Shown: piece by piece, positions 42,874 through 56,585 of the stretch
Position numbering within the stretch: position 1 is the stretch's first letter
Layout: the number at the start of each line of letters is the position of its first letter
DNA from: Iphione sp. A-MEVVRFRX5
Lineage: Eukaryota
Reading direction: 5' to 3'
DNA: 64,000 bases
NCBI GenBank assembly: GCA_976226885.1
Contig: OZ320313.1
Span: forward strand, 121,892,001 to 121,956,000
The notes under the pieces: model-generated
What the model saw: only the letters and a program-made list of their open reading frames with translations
Database searches by the model: none
What the model was told of the DNA's origin: nothing
Translations under genes and position numbers: made by a program

Positions 42874-43699
42874 TGCCATTACTGCCAGTACCTAACACTA
42901 CAAAATTAGCATTGGATCAATACAGGCATGTTTACTGGGTAATATGCACCATCTTATAATTTGTTAAAGTTTGATTTTTGTTCAGTAACTTTTCAGAAAG
43001 TAAGACATGATAATTTAAATGAATCTGTCTATGTTGGTTAATAGATTTACATCCTTAGAATTGAATAATTGGGACATTTTAACAGTGTTTGGTCTAGTTC
43101 TAAAATATTTCTTGATGTAGTGGTACTTTTCTCTGTGTTCCTGCGTAGCTGGACAGATGAGCATGTCATAAAATTCAGTTTGTTAGTCATACATAGATGA
43201 CAAGGTGTAAAACTATGATCAGTGCTAAGTACAATGTATACTTCTACTTTTGGTAGTTTATAGTCACGTTTTCCTACATCTAAAGAGGTTATATATTGCT
43301 GTGGGCTTGTCTCATGTTTGAATATTCAGTAGTTTATAAACAACTTGTCTATCAAGTTCTGCATTCCAATTTTGGGTATCCATCTCCCTTAGCCTGAGAT
43401 TTATTGACTGTTTTAGCCATTTGGAATTGTAAATCTCTTTCTGGGTCCAAACATTAGAAAGACCACTTTTATCCAAGGTGTTTTTGACTTTTGTCTTCTA
43501 TTTAGTTTTCAGAAGGTTCTTCTCATGGAGTTGGCATAGTAGTAGATAGATATTGTCTGAGATTTTTGTGTGTGAGATTTCTTACCTGAGAGCACCAGAA
43601 GGTAATCATTCTCTTTTCAGTGGTACTGTTTAAGGGGAAGCATCCCAGATCGCCATATACTACATGTATGCAATTTGCCATGTTGATCTTTAAGCATTT

Positions 43700-44300
43700 T
43701 TGAAAGATTTTTCGTGAAACATTTCAATATAATCTGTGTTTTCGAAGTCCCAAGTTTTGCACCCATAGAGTCGGATTGGTGATACAAGTTGGTCGAAAAG
43801 CTCTTGAAAGTTGTATAGTTGAATCTCTATTTCCGACCAGTGGTCGGGTCGAAGCTTAAATGGTTGGAATTACAAGTTTGCTGGGAAATCGAAGGTAGTC
43901 AGGGATGAAAACAATATCCCTTCACGATTAAGAGTCCAAAGGTGCTCAATTAAGAGTAAGAATCCTAAAAGTGGTGTGACGGACATCAGAGGGGTTGCAC
44001 CTGATCCTAACCCAGGTGTAAGGAACATCACAGTGGTTGTGCCTGACACTAAACCAGGTGTGAGGAGCATCACTGAGGTCGTAGGGGATGCCCCTGGTTG
44101 TAAATTGATAGAAAAATGTATAGAACATGGCCATTGGATGTGTGGTCGTAAGCTAAAAATGGTCGTAAATCACTTTGGTCGTAAATAGATAGTCAATCAT
44201 AGTGGTTATCTATGGAGAAAATTTTGGTTCTGAGCTCAAATGATCATATTTGGCCGTTTAGTCAGAAATCTCAGAGGTCACAAATAGGGACTCAACTGTA
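43700..44300. repeat. Degenerate MITE-like repeat related to 26479-27220 (opposite orientation)
   Basis: ggtcgtaa motifs and gtgaggagcatcac/gtaaggaacatcac tandem units resembling the reverse complement of the units at 26700-26940. Confidence 0.4.
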
Positions 44301-45479
44301 TGTCTACTCAGGCCCGTAGCCAGGAATTTTTGTGGGGGGTATCGGAAATTAGAGAGGTGGAACTCGTGGGGGGCACTTGAAGTTTAGGGGCCCCTTCGTT
44401 TAGTCTTACTTTGCGGGAGACCCTTACACACCCCTTTTGTACATTATCTTAACCTATTGTGGGGGGAACACCCACACCCCCTGCTGTACATTGTAACAAT
44501 AAAGACACCACACATAGGTTCTTCTAATCAGGCCTTTATTGTGTAGAGCAGCACAGGTAACACAGTCATTCACAAGCAAGTCCCACTAGGAACACACAAC
44601 TCCTCACTTATATATACCTTGGTGATGTAAACATGCTCTCAAAGGTATGCAAAACTCATTGTGCTCTCTCAACAGATGTCCTGGGGACATTACATGATTA
44701 ACTACCCATTGTATCAGTCCATTAAGGGGTAGGATCAAATGTTCATTACGACTTCAACACGTCCTAATTGTCACCTCATTAATAAGATGAACAAACATGT
44801 TTACAACTGTGTGGCGTCACCTACACCAAGTGAAAATTTTCAACTACATCTCCGACGATACCCCCAATACCACCCTGGCTACAGGCCTGCGACTGGAAGA
44901 TTTAATTTTCATGCTTTTGTGCTCAAACCAAACATAGCATACCTGGCCTGGATCATTTGCTTGTTTATAGCCTTATTAAAGAGACCATTAAAGTTAAAGG
45001 TGGTTTTCAGGTAAGGGTAGTTATCAACAACCTGTTGTGTATCACTACCAAATGTGAAGACAGGAGAAAACAGCTCCAACTACAAGGGGACCTCTGGAAT
45101 CTCGATTCAGATGACTCTGACAACTGGATGGTAATTAATCGTGCATGAGGATTTTATTTACCAGTTACCAGACCAACAGTGATGTTAGCAGTCGGCAGTA
45201 GACCTTTACTGGTTTTCTCCACCTTTCTCCCAATTCTCAGGACTGTTGGCCTGTTCTGGCCCTACCTTATTCCGGATTTGGACATTGAGGAGTATAACTC
45301 AGTTACTGCTGCCTGCTAGTTCTTCCATGTGAGTAATTACCTGTTGTCTTTTACAGTAATGTACTGGACTCAGATTTTTTTAGAAATCACTGCACCGGTC
45401 AGAGTTCTTTGGTAGATAGGATTGGAGGACAACCTTCCTTTTAATACAATACAGCTTATGGATGTAGGTATCATTTCAA

Positions 45480-47210
45480 TGATGGATTGAACACCGAAGA
45501 TTGAGTTTGGGTAGAAACAGCTAGAGGACAACTGAAAACTCCCTCCAACCTGGAATTCCAAGAAGTGATTGGAATTAATGAGGTGGTTAACATGGATAAG
45601 GTCAAGACCCCATTTGACTTCATTTCACCATTTATGTCACTGGCACTTTTAGGAGCGATCATTTCAAGCAGCAACAGGTATGCTGCAGAGAAGAGGGATT
45701 GAAAGCCCAGGACCATAAAATGCCATGGACTGACATAAAAACTGATGACATGTTCAATTTCCTCAGACTTGCAATGGTTATGAGCATTCTTGGTAAACCA
45801 AAAATGAAAAAATATTTGGCAACAGCTGGTCAGGACCTGACACTGAAATCCACCAAGTACATGCCACGGGACAGATTCACTACCATACTGAGGTGAGAAG
45901 AAAATATTTTTCATCATTTGAAAATAATCTTTACTAGAAAATGTAATTCTTCTTTTATTATTATGACTGGTTACAGAATTTGTATTGATTTTTGTAATAT
46001 GTACCCACAGGTACTTCCACTACACCAAGGATGGTGCTCCTGACTCAAGCAATGAAGATCGGACTGGGCCAATGCACAAGGTGGCTGTCTTGTCCAAATA
46101 TATCAATACAGCTACCAAGAGACTATAAAAACTCCAAAGAATGTAGTGGTAGATGATGGTGATACATAAAGATTGTGTATGATTTCACCAATACACTATA
46201 TATGCCTGCCAAGCCAATGAAATGGGGCTTGAAATGTTGGGCCTTGACTGAGTCTAGTACAAGATATGTCTTACACTGAACACCTAACTTTGGGAGGGAA
46301 GATGATACTCAAATGAATCTTGTAAAATTCATTATTATGAAATTGCTCAGGGGTGCAGACATTATAGCCAAGACTTTTTGTCTTTACATGGATAAATATT
46401 GTCTTTCAATCTCTTTGAGAATCTTAGGTGGTATGGAGTCTTTTGTTGTGGAATGGTAAGACTCAAACATAGACATCTACCCAGGGAACTCATGGAGAAG
46501 AAACATGAAAAATTAGAAAAGCAATGTGACCGTGTTTTCCTGAATAGTGCCAATCCCTTCTTGTCTCTGTGGATGGATAAATGCATTGTCAGGGTCCTGA
46601 GTACAATTCACAGTTCTGTGATGTCATCTGTGCCTAGGCTGACCAAGGACATGGGCACTGGTAAATTTATGAAAACTAACATGAAATGTCCATCAAGCAT
46701 AACTGATTATTCATTGCACATGAGATTAGTCAACCACCACGATCAGCTGGTCCAATATTATAATTTATACACGAAAGCATGCAGATAGACTGACAAGTTC
46801 TTCTGGCATGTAGTTGAGCTGATTAAAGTAAATGCCTACATTATGTACTGCCAGGGTACCCCTATTTGGTGACATTGTGACAAACAGATTTCCTAAACAA
46901 GGCTCTGAATTCAGACTCAAAAATAGGTGCGTCTCTACTGATTTTAAGCAAAAAAGCTATTGCAGGGTTTCTTGTCAGAGGGTTTCAGCAGGAGTTCAAA
47001 CCACCAGAAGACAAACCAGATTGGGATGTGAAACCTATCAAATACATCTATGTATGCCTGGGTGTTTCAAAACCATACTATCAGAGATTATGTCCAGAGT
47101 GTAGTCGAGGAGTGAACCAGAATGTTATCGTGTGCATGTAATAACTGTCGATGAAGGCACTGACAAAGAAAATGATTGTTCAACCTGCTTTACAAATATC
47201 ACACTAGTCA
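45480..47210 (+). pseudogene. piggyBac (PGBD4-like) transposase relic with GT-AG intron 45893-46010
   Basis: WTDIKTDDMFNFL..MPRDRFTTILR|YFHY; YMPAKPMKWGLKCWAL; CGMVR..LP; W.DK..VRVLSTIH; DY..HM..V..HDQ; Cys-rich C-terminus. Confidence 0.88.
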
Positions 47211-48769
47211 AAATGAATAAAATGGTTTACAGAGGATACTCCAAAACCGAACACTCAAAAAATGAATTTCCCCAAATCTGAACATATTTGACCACTACCA
47301 ATTGTTTTTCTCTGTTAAAATACTCATATAACCGAACATTTGTTTTCAAAATCTGAATGAATTTTGTGAACTTTGGCTGGTTTTTGCCAATTTTTTTTAT
47401 GAATTTGGCTGGTTTTTGCCGATTTTCAGATGAATTTGGCTGGTTTTTGTCCCATTTCAGATGAATTTGGCTGAGTTTGCTGTTTTTAAGATGAATTTGG
47501 CTGATTTTTGCCGATTTTCGGATGAATTCGAAAGACAAATTTTCCAAAATCTGAACAAAATAACCCTAAACAGTGATCATTTGGCTGTACATGGAAAATG
47601 ACTCACTTTCTTCTCCTTCCTCATATTGTATCCAATACAGTGTATTCCACATTCAAAGTTATAAATATCAAAAAAAGTACCACATGTATAATATTCCATT
47701 ATGTAATATGTAATCCACTTGGTAATAATCATGAAAGAATTCTCACTTTAACACATTTTGACATTCTGACAATAATAAAACACAAGGAATAGATAAAAAT
47801 ATTACCAACATCATCAACATAGTCAACTGTGGACACACCCGTTGTCTTGCATTTGCCAGCTTGGTTGTAGTATACTTTTCTGAAAGAAGAAAATGTCTCA
47901 GAGTGAGAAATCATATGACCTTTGTTGACATGAAAATATAAAAAGCAATATGATTCTCATTCAAGCATAAAATATTTAATAAATAATTAAATCTAGATGT
48001 AGACAACAAACATTCACACAAAATGGTCTATAAATGTTAAAATTGCATTTTGACCCTTACTTGTGTGGGTCATACACTAATGACACCTTCATAATATGAG
48101 ACTCACCTGAGTATATCTTGTTGTAACTGCTGTTGCCATCAAACTGTAAAAGTAATTTCACTAGTTTATCTATTCATTGTGGATTAACTGCTTTTCTAAT
48201 TTTAATGATATATGTCTGCTCATATTGTCTTGTATCATTACTGCTGTACTGGCTATTTTAAGAACAAATCTAAAATTAAGCATTCCTCTTATACATATAC
48301 CTCTTATTCTAATAACATATGTCTCCTCGTATTGCCCATATCATGACTGCTCTTATTGACTGCTTGAAGGTGATTTTGCGAATGATCTCCTTTAATTACT
48401 TTTTTGAGTACTTGTAAATAATTCTTATGGCATAACAGGTTCCTAAACAAATTATAAACTTAATCAGTTTAATGTTGGGTTGACGGATTGTTTGTTAATC
48501 AGGTCATTTACGTAGAAAACAGATACAATTGAAGGTGGTGATTTTACCCCAATTTTTCCCCAATACTGGTGACTGAGTAACTGTTTGCTAAACAGGTCTA
48601 AGACTTAATCTGTTTAGCAAACAGGTTTGTTTACTCTGTCAACAAAATATAGTGTGGGGGTGTAGAATCACCTATCTGCTGGCTACAGTGCACTGTTTCA
48701 ACCAGTCAGTGGAAGAGCAATGGCTCCTGAAGGGGTGCTGAACCCATGTGCCAGAGGTTCTGCTGGCCA

Positions 48770-50560
48770 CCTCAGCACAAACGTAAAGTGGTGGATGAAG
48801 AAGTGCAGAAGATGGTGAGGCAGGGGGGAGTCCTTGGACATCACAAGTAATGCTAGTTAAGAATTGCTTGGTGGTTCTACATCGATTTTAGGTGGTTGAA
48901 TGAGAGGATGAGGAAGGATGCATACCCCATACCTTAAGTAGAACATACCCTAGCTGCCTTGGTAGGGGCAAGATCCTTCTATGTCATTGACCTGGCCTCC
49001 ATATACATGTCCTGGCAACTGGAGGTGAAGAAAAAGGACCGAAAGAAGACAGTGTGCACCCCGAGAGTTGTTTGAGTTCTGTGTTCTACTATTTAGTCTC
49101 TTTAACGACCCCTCCACACTCAAGAGGTTGATGGACGTTAATAGGGCTGATTGCAGCGTGGTTTCTTATGTACTTAAATGATGTCATAGAGATGAAGAAT
49201 TTGGTACAGCAGATGTGCTGCATACTTATGGATGTCCTCTCCTGCCTTCATGAGGCGGGACTAAGGATCAAGCCAGAGAAGTGTCAACTTATGCACATTG
49301 AAGTTACATACCTGGAGCATGTGGTCAGGGGAGATGAGCAGAAGAAGGCTTTCACAGACATCCGCATGTGCCTGGTCACCACTCTGAGTTATTCTATCCC
49401 CAAGGGACTGTTGGTGATGGGCACCAATGCTCCTAACAAAGAACTGCGCACCGTGCTCTCCCAGTGGCAAGAGGGGAAGGAGAGGGTCCTGTCAATCCCT
49501 CACCAAGCAAGAGAGGAGCTCTTGTGTTACCCGCAAGGAACTACTGGCCATCATCTCTGCCTTTAGGCATTTCAAGTCATACATATCCAGGTTGAAGGTG
49601 GTCATCAAGACGGACCATTGCAGCCTCTGCTGGCTGGTGAAGATCAAGGAGCCCAAAGGCCAGATGGCCTGCTGGCTGGAGGAGATTTACTGCCAAGACA
49701 TGGAGATTTTACGTCAGCTGGGAAGGATTCATAACAATGCAGATGCCTTGGTGAGGCGACGCTGCTGACAGTTCAGTCAGCAAGAAACAGCAGAAGAGAT
49801 GGCAGAGGAGAGCCAGAAAGTCTTGGCAATTCATGTAGACGAACCATCAGGGGTGACCGAAGTTGCAATTGCTACAGATGAGGATCCTCAGTTGCACTTG
49901 ATTCTTCAGCGGCTGGAGAAAGGGGAGCTGGCTCCTGACTGGAATCCAGAGACACGCCAAGAGGGGCACTGCCTCTGGGTGTGGTGGGACAGGCTAGGAG
50001 TGGACAGCCGCCAGATCACAAGGATTTGGGCAGCAGAGGACGGTCGGGTATGGCTGGAGGTGTTCATCCCAGAAGGGCTGAGAAAGGAGGGCTGGAGGAA
50101 CATACATGCGGGGGCTTTGGTGGACATTTGAGCCCAGACAAAATAGTAGGTATACAATGTACGAAGTTTTTCTGGCTGAGATTTAACCAGGATGTAGCTG
50201 CATGGGGAGGGTAATGTATGCCCACAAGAAGAGGACCAGAGGTTAACTGGAAGCCCTTGGGAACTGGTGATGGTTGACATACTCGGGCCGTTCCCCTACA
50301 CTATGTGGGCAAGGGGGGGGGGGTGAAGTATACACTTGTAGCCAGTGGTCAATTCACCAAGTGGACAGAGGCCTTTCCCTCTAACCACCTTATTGGTGAG
50401 GAAACTGAACGAGTTCTGGTGAAGGAGCTTGTCAGTTTGGTCCCCCATGAGTAATTAGCGGCAACCAGAGAGGGAACTTTTAGGCCCATTGGTGGCGGAG
50501 GTTCAACTCAATCAAGAAGGTAGGTCTCTCTCCCAAGTTTCAGAAGTTCTGGGTAGACCC
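48770..50560 (+). pseudogene. Highly decayed Ty3/Gypsy pol (RT, RNase H, integrase)
   Basis: VDEEVQKM; FYIDFRWLNERMRKDAYP; CVTRKELLAII..TDHCSL; HNNADAL; VDILGPFP. Confidence 0.8.
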
Positions 50561-50877
50561 TTGGATTGTTCAGAAAGCTTTATTGGTGGCAGTTCACCAA
50601 GAAAGGAAGACAGGAGAAGATAGTCCACACGGAGCTGCTGAAACCTGGACAAGGCTTCTCTGTGAATCGTGGCGCAGAGGAAGCCCTACTGCCGTGACTG
50701 TTACAACCAGACAGCATGGCGTGAAACCTCAGTCAATTAGTGGTGGATGGAGGGAGGCATGAAGGCCCTCTGCCAGCCATGGGCATTAAAGTAGCAGTTG
50801 CACAACCAGCTCACCACTTGTCAACTGTGATTCCTTCTAACAGCAAACTCGCAAGTAGCAAACCTGTGGAGGATGTG

Positions 50878-51030
50878 TTCCTGTGCGCGGTATGCAAGAA
50901 ATTCATTTGTGATAGGAAAGATCATCTGAAGCGGCACCTGTTCACCCATCAAGAGCAATGACTGGCGTGGGCCTGTCCCAATGGAAGGAGGACCTCCACT
51001 GTCACTTGGACGCTCAGCATTGGAACGGGG
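50878..51030 (+). pseudogene. C2H2 zinc-finger remnant(s) downstream of the Gypsy integrase
   Basis: FLCAVCKKFICDRKDHLKRHLFTH followed by a degenerate ..KEDLHCHLDAQH. Confidence 0.55.
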
Positions 51031-51696
51031 GCGGCTCCAGGAAGCTCCGCAAGAAGGCCTTGGAACACCATTATTGGTCCTACAAGGAAGGAGGATCCAA
51101 AATTTTGCAGAGGCGCCCAGAGAAACCGCCAGAAGAGATGGAAATGGAGGAGGAGTGGGCTGCATCACCCTAGGGTGACACCCCTGCTGAGACAGCTGGG
51201 GCACCCACCGGAGTACCAGAAGAGGTGGAACCACAGCATTTGACCTCCACCACAGTCTCTCCCCTGAACAGAAGATGATTGCCGTATGTTGAGGTAGGTG
51301 CAGCGGGGAGGGTAGTGCAGTGGAGCCTCTGATCTGCTATACGTAGCTGAGTTCAAAGTTTGTGGAGATGAGCCAGGTGAACAGTGTGTAACACAATAAA
51401 TTAAGATGACACAGGTTTCTTGGTTAATTGATGGCTTTATTGTGGCAGAGTGCACTCCTACAGGTAGCAGGATGGAGCTCTCCAAAAAGTCAAGAGAAAT
51501 CATGGACATTATATACCAATAGTTCACAACCCTTATGTCCAAGTTTGCAACACCCTGGTCATAGTTTGTGCCACAACCTGAGGCACAAAGCTCATGACAA
51601 GTTGTAAACTTAGGTCATAGTTCACATGACCTCCAACCTGGGTGCATTCCCTAGGTCATGACCAGTCAAGAATCGAATTAATCACAGGTCCCACCC

Positions 51697-54600
51697 TGTA
51701 AGATATTTATGATTTACTTAAGCAGAGAGAGAGAAAGACACAACATGATGCCATACTGCTTTAAACTGGAAGTGAATTTATTCCTGTGTTCTCATTGGTT
51801 AAAAATCTCACCGACATGAAAATCCCTCCTTTCTTCAGATAAAAAACTTCTCACAGATACATATCTCTTTATTACAGGACAACATCATTACCTTATGAAG
51901 AATGCAAATTTAGACTTGTTTTTTATTACTTTTTACATATAAGCAACACCATTCCTGAGTGTTAACATAGTGAGAGGTATACTAGGTTGTAACATAATCT
52001 TTTAAATACTCTGGTTTTCTACATGCTTGACTTGGATGATCAAACACTCTTTGTGGTAAAATCCTGTGAAGGCCTATCTTGTGGACTTTGCACAGGCACA
52101 TTAACAACATCTGGTGGGTCAGCAGTTTTGTATTCTGAAAAACTCAGACACCTTGGAGGAGTTTCAATTACCTCACCCTGACCCTCTTGTGTACCCTGTA
52201 CATATTTCTTGACATGGCTGACATGACTTTTGGATGACACCTTCTGGTGACAACAGCTTATTGTTTTTGTTTGATTTTTTATTAAAGCAAAGTCCCAACT
52301 TGAGGATCTTTGTCAGCTGTCTCAGTGCAGCTGTTGTTAATTCTTTCCGACATTTTAAATTTTTGTTCTCTGTCAGTATCTCTCATCTCCCCATCAAAAG
52401 CTTTTGGTTTTAAGGAAGGAAGATAAGTTTGTAATTTCCTGTTACAAAGGGTTTCAGTTGGACTTACCCCAGTCATAGAGTGATGGGTGGTGTGGTATGC
52501 GCACAGAAAGAGCTTAAGTTCTTTCCTCCAGCCCTTCTTGTCAGCTTGGAAAGCTCTCATAGACTTTAACAATGTGTGATAAAATCCTTTCCACTTCACC
52601 ATTCGCTGAGGCCAATATGGAGTGGTTAGTCTATGTGAAATGTCTAATTTTTGGGGATATTGTGAGAATTTCTCTGCTTTGAACTGTGATCCATTATCTG
52701 TAGTGATGGAATAAGGTATTCTAAATAGGTCAGTTAATTCTTCAATTGCCTCAACAACTTTTTCAGTGGTTGTGGTCTTCAATGGCTTGACCAAGAAGAA
52801 TCTACTATAATAATTGATAATGTCTAGAAGTGTTTCATCTGATGGAAATAGACCTACAAAGTTTAATGCTAGGTCTTGCCATGGACTGTCTGGCAGTTCT
52901 GTTGTAGGTATTGGTTCTGGTTTGTTTGCCTGAGATATAACTTGACACCCATGGCATTTCTTGCAAAAGCTTTCACAATCTTTGTCGATGCTGGGCCACC
53001 AGCCCTTCTCACGAAGTCTTGCTTTGGTTTTGACAATACCTTGGTGTCCTTGGTGTGCAAGTTTAAATACCTCATCTCTTCTAGGAATGACAATTCTGCT
53101 GTGATGCAAAGCTTTGCAGGTAGACAGCTCTGCACTAACAGCTTTAGATGCTGGATTGCATTCTTCAAAACTATTGATTTGAATACATACTCTAACAATT
53201 GTCGATTCCTCATCACTCTTGCATTTGTGTTCAATTGCATGAGCAGACATTGTCCTCAGCATGCTATACTCAACTTATATATGCTTCTGCTATGTTGGGC
53301 TTCTTTGGGCTGGAACGGGTCTTTTATCGGGAGTCTTGAGAGGACATCTGCCATGTTAAGCTTACCTTCAATGTACTTGACCTTGAAATTGTTAGCTTGT
53401 AACCTCAAAACCCAATGCTCAATATGCACTGAAGGTCACGATTTAGGCCCATAGATAGTTTGTACTGGCTTGTGGCCAGTCAGCAACTCAAATTCAGTCC
53501 TAATCAAATAGATCTGGAACCTTTCACAAGCTCAAACTAATGCCAGTGCTTCTTTTTCAGTTTGTGAGTATCTACGCTCTACATCAGATCTAGATCAAAG
53601 ATCTAGATGCACAGATGACAAGCTTGAAATTGCCATCAGCTTGTTGCTGGACTAGCACTGTGCCTAACCCAACAGGTGAAGCATCATCAATCACGTGTGT
53701 CTTTACCCCCTTTTTAAAATAAGCTACCACTGTTTTAGAAGAAAGTCCTTGCTTCAAGGTATCAAATGCTGATTACTGCTCATGGGTCCACTTAAATGGG
53801 ACATTTACCTTGGTCAACCTTCTTAACTGTTCAACTGTTGTTTCAAAATCAGGGATATACCAAGAACATTAGTTTGCAAGACCAAGAAAACTATATATGT
53901 CACCTGCATCTTCCGATTGGTGGACATTTTTAATGCACTGAACCTTACTGTCATCAGGACTTAGCCCCTTTTCTCCAAGAACATGACCTGAGAAAACCAG
54001 CTTATTCATTTGAAAATAACACTTAGTCTTATTCAAAGTTATGTCATGTTTCTCTAATATTTAGGACCTTTTCTAACCTCTTATCATGTTTTTTTCACTC
54101 TTACCATGAATGAGAATATCATCTGAGACATTATCTGTACCTTCACAACCATATATTATCTGCTGAATGACCTTCTGGTACAACTCGGATGCAGAGGAAA
54201 CACCATACAATAAATTTTTATACTAGTACACACCTTTAGGAGTAATAAATTAGTAATTTCTCTAGATTGTTCATCTAGCTCAATCTGATTGTAACCCATC
54301 TTTAGCTCAACTCAGGAAAATACAGTACTCTCATTCAAATCAAGTAAATTTTCTTCAATGGTGGGGATAGGAAAATGCTCTCATATCAACTGTCTCTCAT
54401 ATCAAATGTCTCATATCAACACAAACTCTAATGTCACCATTAGGAACAATAACTAGTGGAGAGGTCCAAGATGTAGGCATATCAACTACTTTTTCAATAA
54501 TATCATCAGCCTCTACCTTATTTGACATCTCAAGCTTCTCACAAAGTGCAAAGGAAACTCTCCTTCCTTGCTGTTAAACAGGCTTTACAGATTCATCAAC

Positions 54601-56585
54601 ATGAATGTGTAACTGAAAACCTTTTAATTTTCCTATTCCCTCAAAAAACTGTTTATTCTCTGGTTGCTCTAAGGTTTCTAACTGAGACATAATCCTAATG
54701 AAATCAAGCTTTTGACTGATCTGGCTCAATAAGACGTTGATAACACTCCTACCTCTTATCACTAGGATATCTGTTTTTACAAACTTAGACTTGCCCTCAA
54801 TCTCAGCCCTAAATTTACCTTTTACCTTGAGGCACCAGTATCCAGGGTCACATCAACTGAAATACTGTTGATCTTTACAGTACAGAAAGAGTTTTTTGTT
54901 CCTTTACCCTCAGATACACCAAACACACATTCATCTTGTGTACATTCATCATCAGATGACTCAGATACACCAGACTCTACACACTTCACTTTTGAAAATA
55001 AAAACCATTTTGCAAAGTGATTTTTTTCCACACTTGTCACACTTTATACCTTTAGCAGGACAGTCTTCACTGGTCACAATGTGAGAGGTGGAACCACAAT
55101 GTATACACTTTTTTGCTTTACCTTTACTCTTACTACCAAATTTGCCAGCCTTCTGTTTACTTGTATCTGGAACAGAATGTTTACCTCTTTAATTTTGTCT
55201 CTGAACTTTAATATGGTTTACATCATGAGACAGAGAATCACTCTTAGTGTCCATTTGTTTTACTTGGTGATCAACTGCTTCCATCGTGTGAGCGATGTTG
55301 AGAGCACATTGCAAAATCAAGTCACCTTTCTCTAAAAGTTTCTTCCGAAGAGCAGATGATCTATACTGGTCAACCAGTTGGCCCCAAATGTCCTCATTAG
55401 TATCATGGAAATTGTATATTTCAGCTTGCTTTAATAACCGTACAACATATTGATCAGTTGACTCTGACTCACTTTGACACATTTTACAGAATACATTACG
55501 TTCATATCTAATGTTGGCAATAAAATGTGAATCAAGAGTTTGCAAAGCAATGTCAAACACAGTGTCATCTTCAGCAACAGGACCAGGATCAGTCAGTGTG
55601 TCATATAGTTCTTGAACATCCATGCCAGCACAGTGGAGTAATAAGGCCTTCTTATGACCAGCGTCATCAATACCTTTTGCAAGGATACTATACTCAAAAG
55701 CCTTCTTCCATTTATGCCAATAAGGTGCAATAGATGTACTCTCACCTTTACAGTCAAACTTAGGTATGCTACCTATGTCATTTACTGCCATAATTAATAA
55801 AGTCTTTGACACAGTAAGACTCAATGGCAAATAAACAGTGCACAATGTAAAAGACACACTTTCTACCACATGTGACTAAACTTGTAGTACACTGACACAT
55901 GGTAGGTTGCACCTGACAATACACAAGTTATACACAATTAACATACAGTATCAAGCATTGGCATACATATATGACAGTCACTGGATTATACTCACAAATC
56001 CTGTGTATGTGCTGAATGGTATTGACAGCCCTTATGGCTTGAAGTATAGATGGCCAGTAAGCTCACACCCATGGGGAACCTTATGGGACTTTTACGTCGG
56101 CGAAATGGCACTAAAATGGCTGTCAAAGTCACTGTTGAACTTTCCAGTTTTTCAGTGTCACTATGTGAAACGTAGATCTGCCCAAATTCTGTCAACCTCG
56201 CTGAAAATCATTAAAACAGTGAGGAAACGTCCACAGGCTCACTGTAAACCATCCCTGGACTCTTCAGATCGCTTGGAAGTTGAAACTGCATCATTTCTGG
56301 AAAGTGGCGCGAAAACAAGTAGCTGACACAACTCCACACTTCTGCCTTCTCTCCTAAGGAAACTAGACCCTGTCAGCTCTCAAGGGGGATGTGATCCTTC
56401 AATCTCTATATTTCCTTCCTTTTTAACAAGTTGTAGGCATAAACTCGTCACCAATTGCAAGATATTTATGATTTACTTTAGCAGAGAGAGAGAAAGACAC
56501 AACATGACACCATACTGCTTAAAACCGGAAGTGAATTTATTCCTGTGTTCTCATTGGTTAAAAATATAATCTCACTGACACGGCA
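51697..56585 (-). mobile_element. Ty3/Gypsy (Mag / K02A2.6-like) LTR element, decayed
   Basis: LTRs 51697-51821 and 56456-56585, CACCC TSD, PBS TGGTGACGAG (56444-56453), PPT after 51821. gag KALLLHCAG (55189-55869), protease LDTGAS, integrase HQGHQGI..CHGC, TDNGSQF. Confidence 0.9.

Larger units (their letters stand above)
37767..42939. mobile_element. Second copy of the CAGTAC-rich element (arms 37767-38530 and 42875-42939) enclosing a solo LTR and a LINE
   Basis: ta|cccaaaaaacatgactgtaatggacc ... catgtttactggg|ta. Arms are reverse complements of parts of 18641-19678. Confidence 0.55.

Noticed and set aside
42860-42885. AATGGCAAG...AACGT as a genuine 5' end motif of the second LINE
   Set aside because: The tgccattac bases belong to the flanking CAGTAC-rich repeat (same sequence at ~18700), so the resemblance to the ATGGCG start of the first LINE is probably accidental.
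44455-44770. Solo LTR (TGTAAC...TTACA with minus-strand TATA and AATAAA)
   Set aside because: LTR-like, but no matching TSD or second copy could be fixed, so it is not called.
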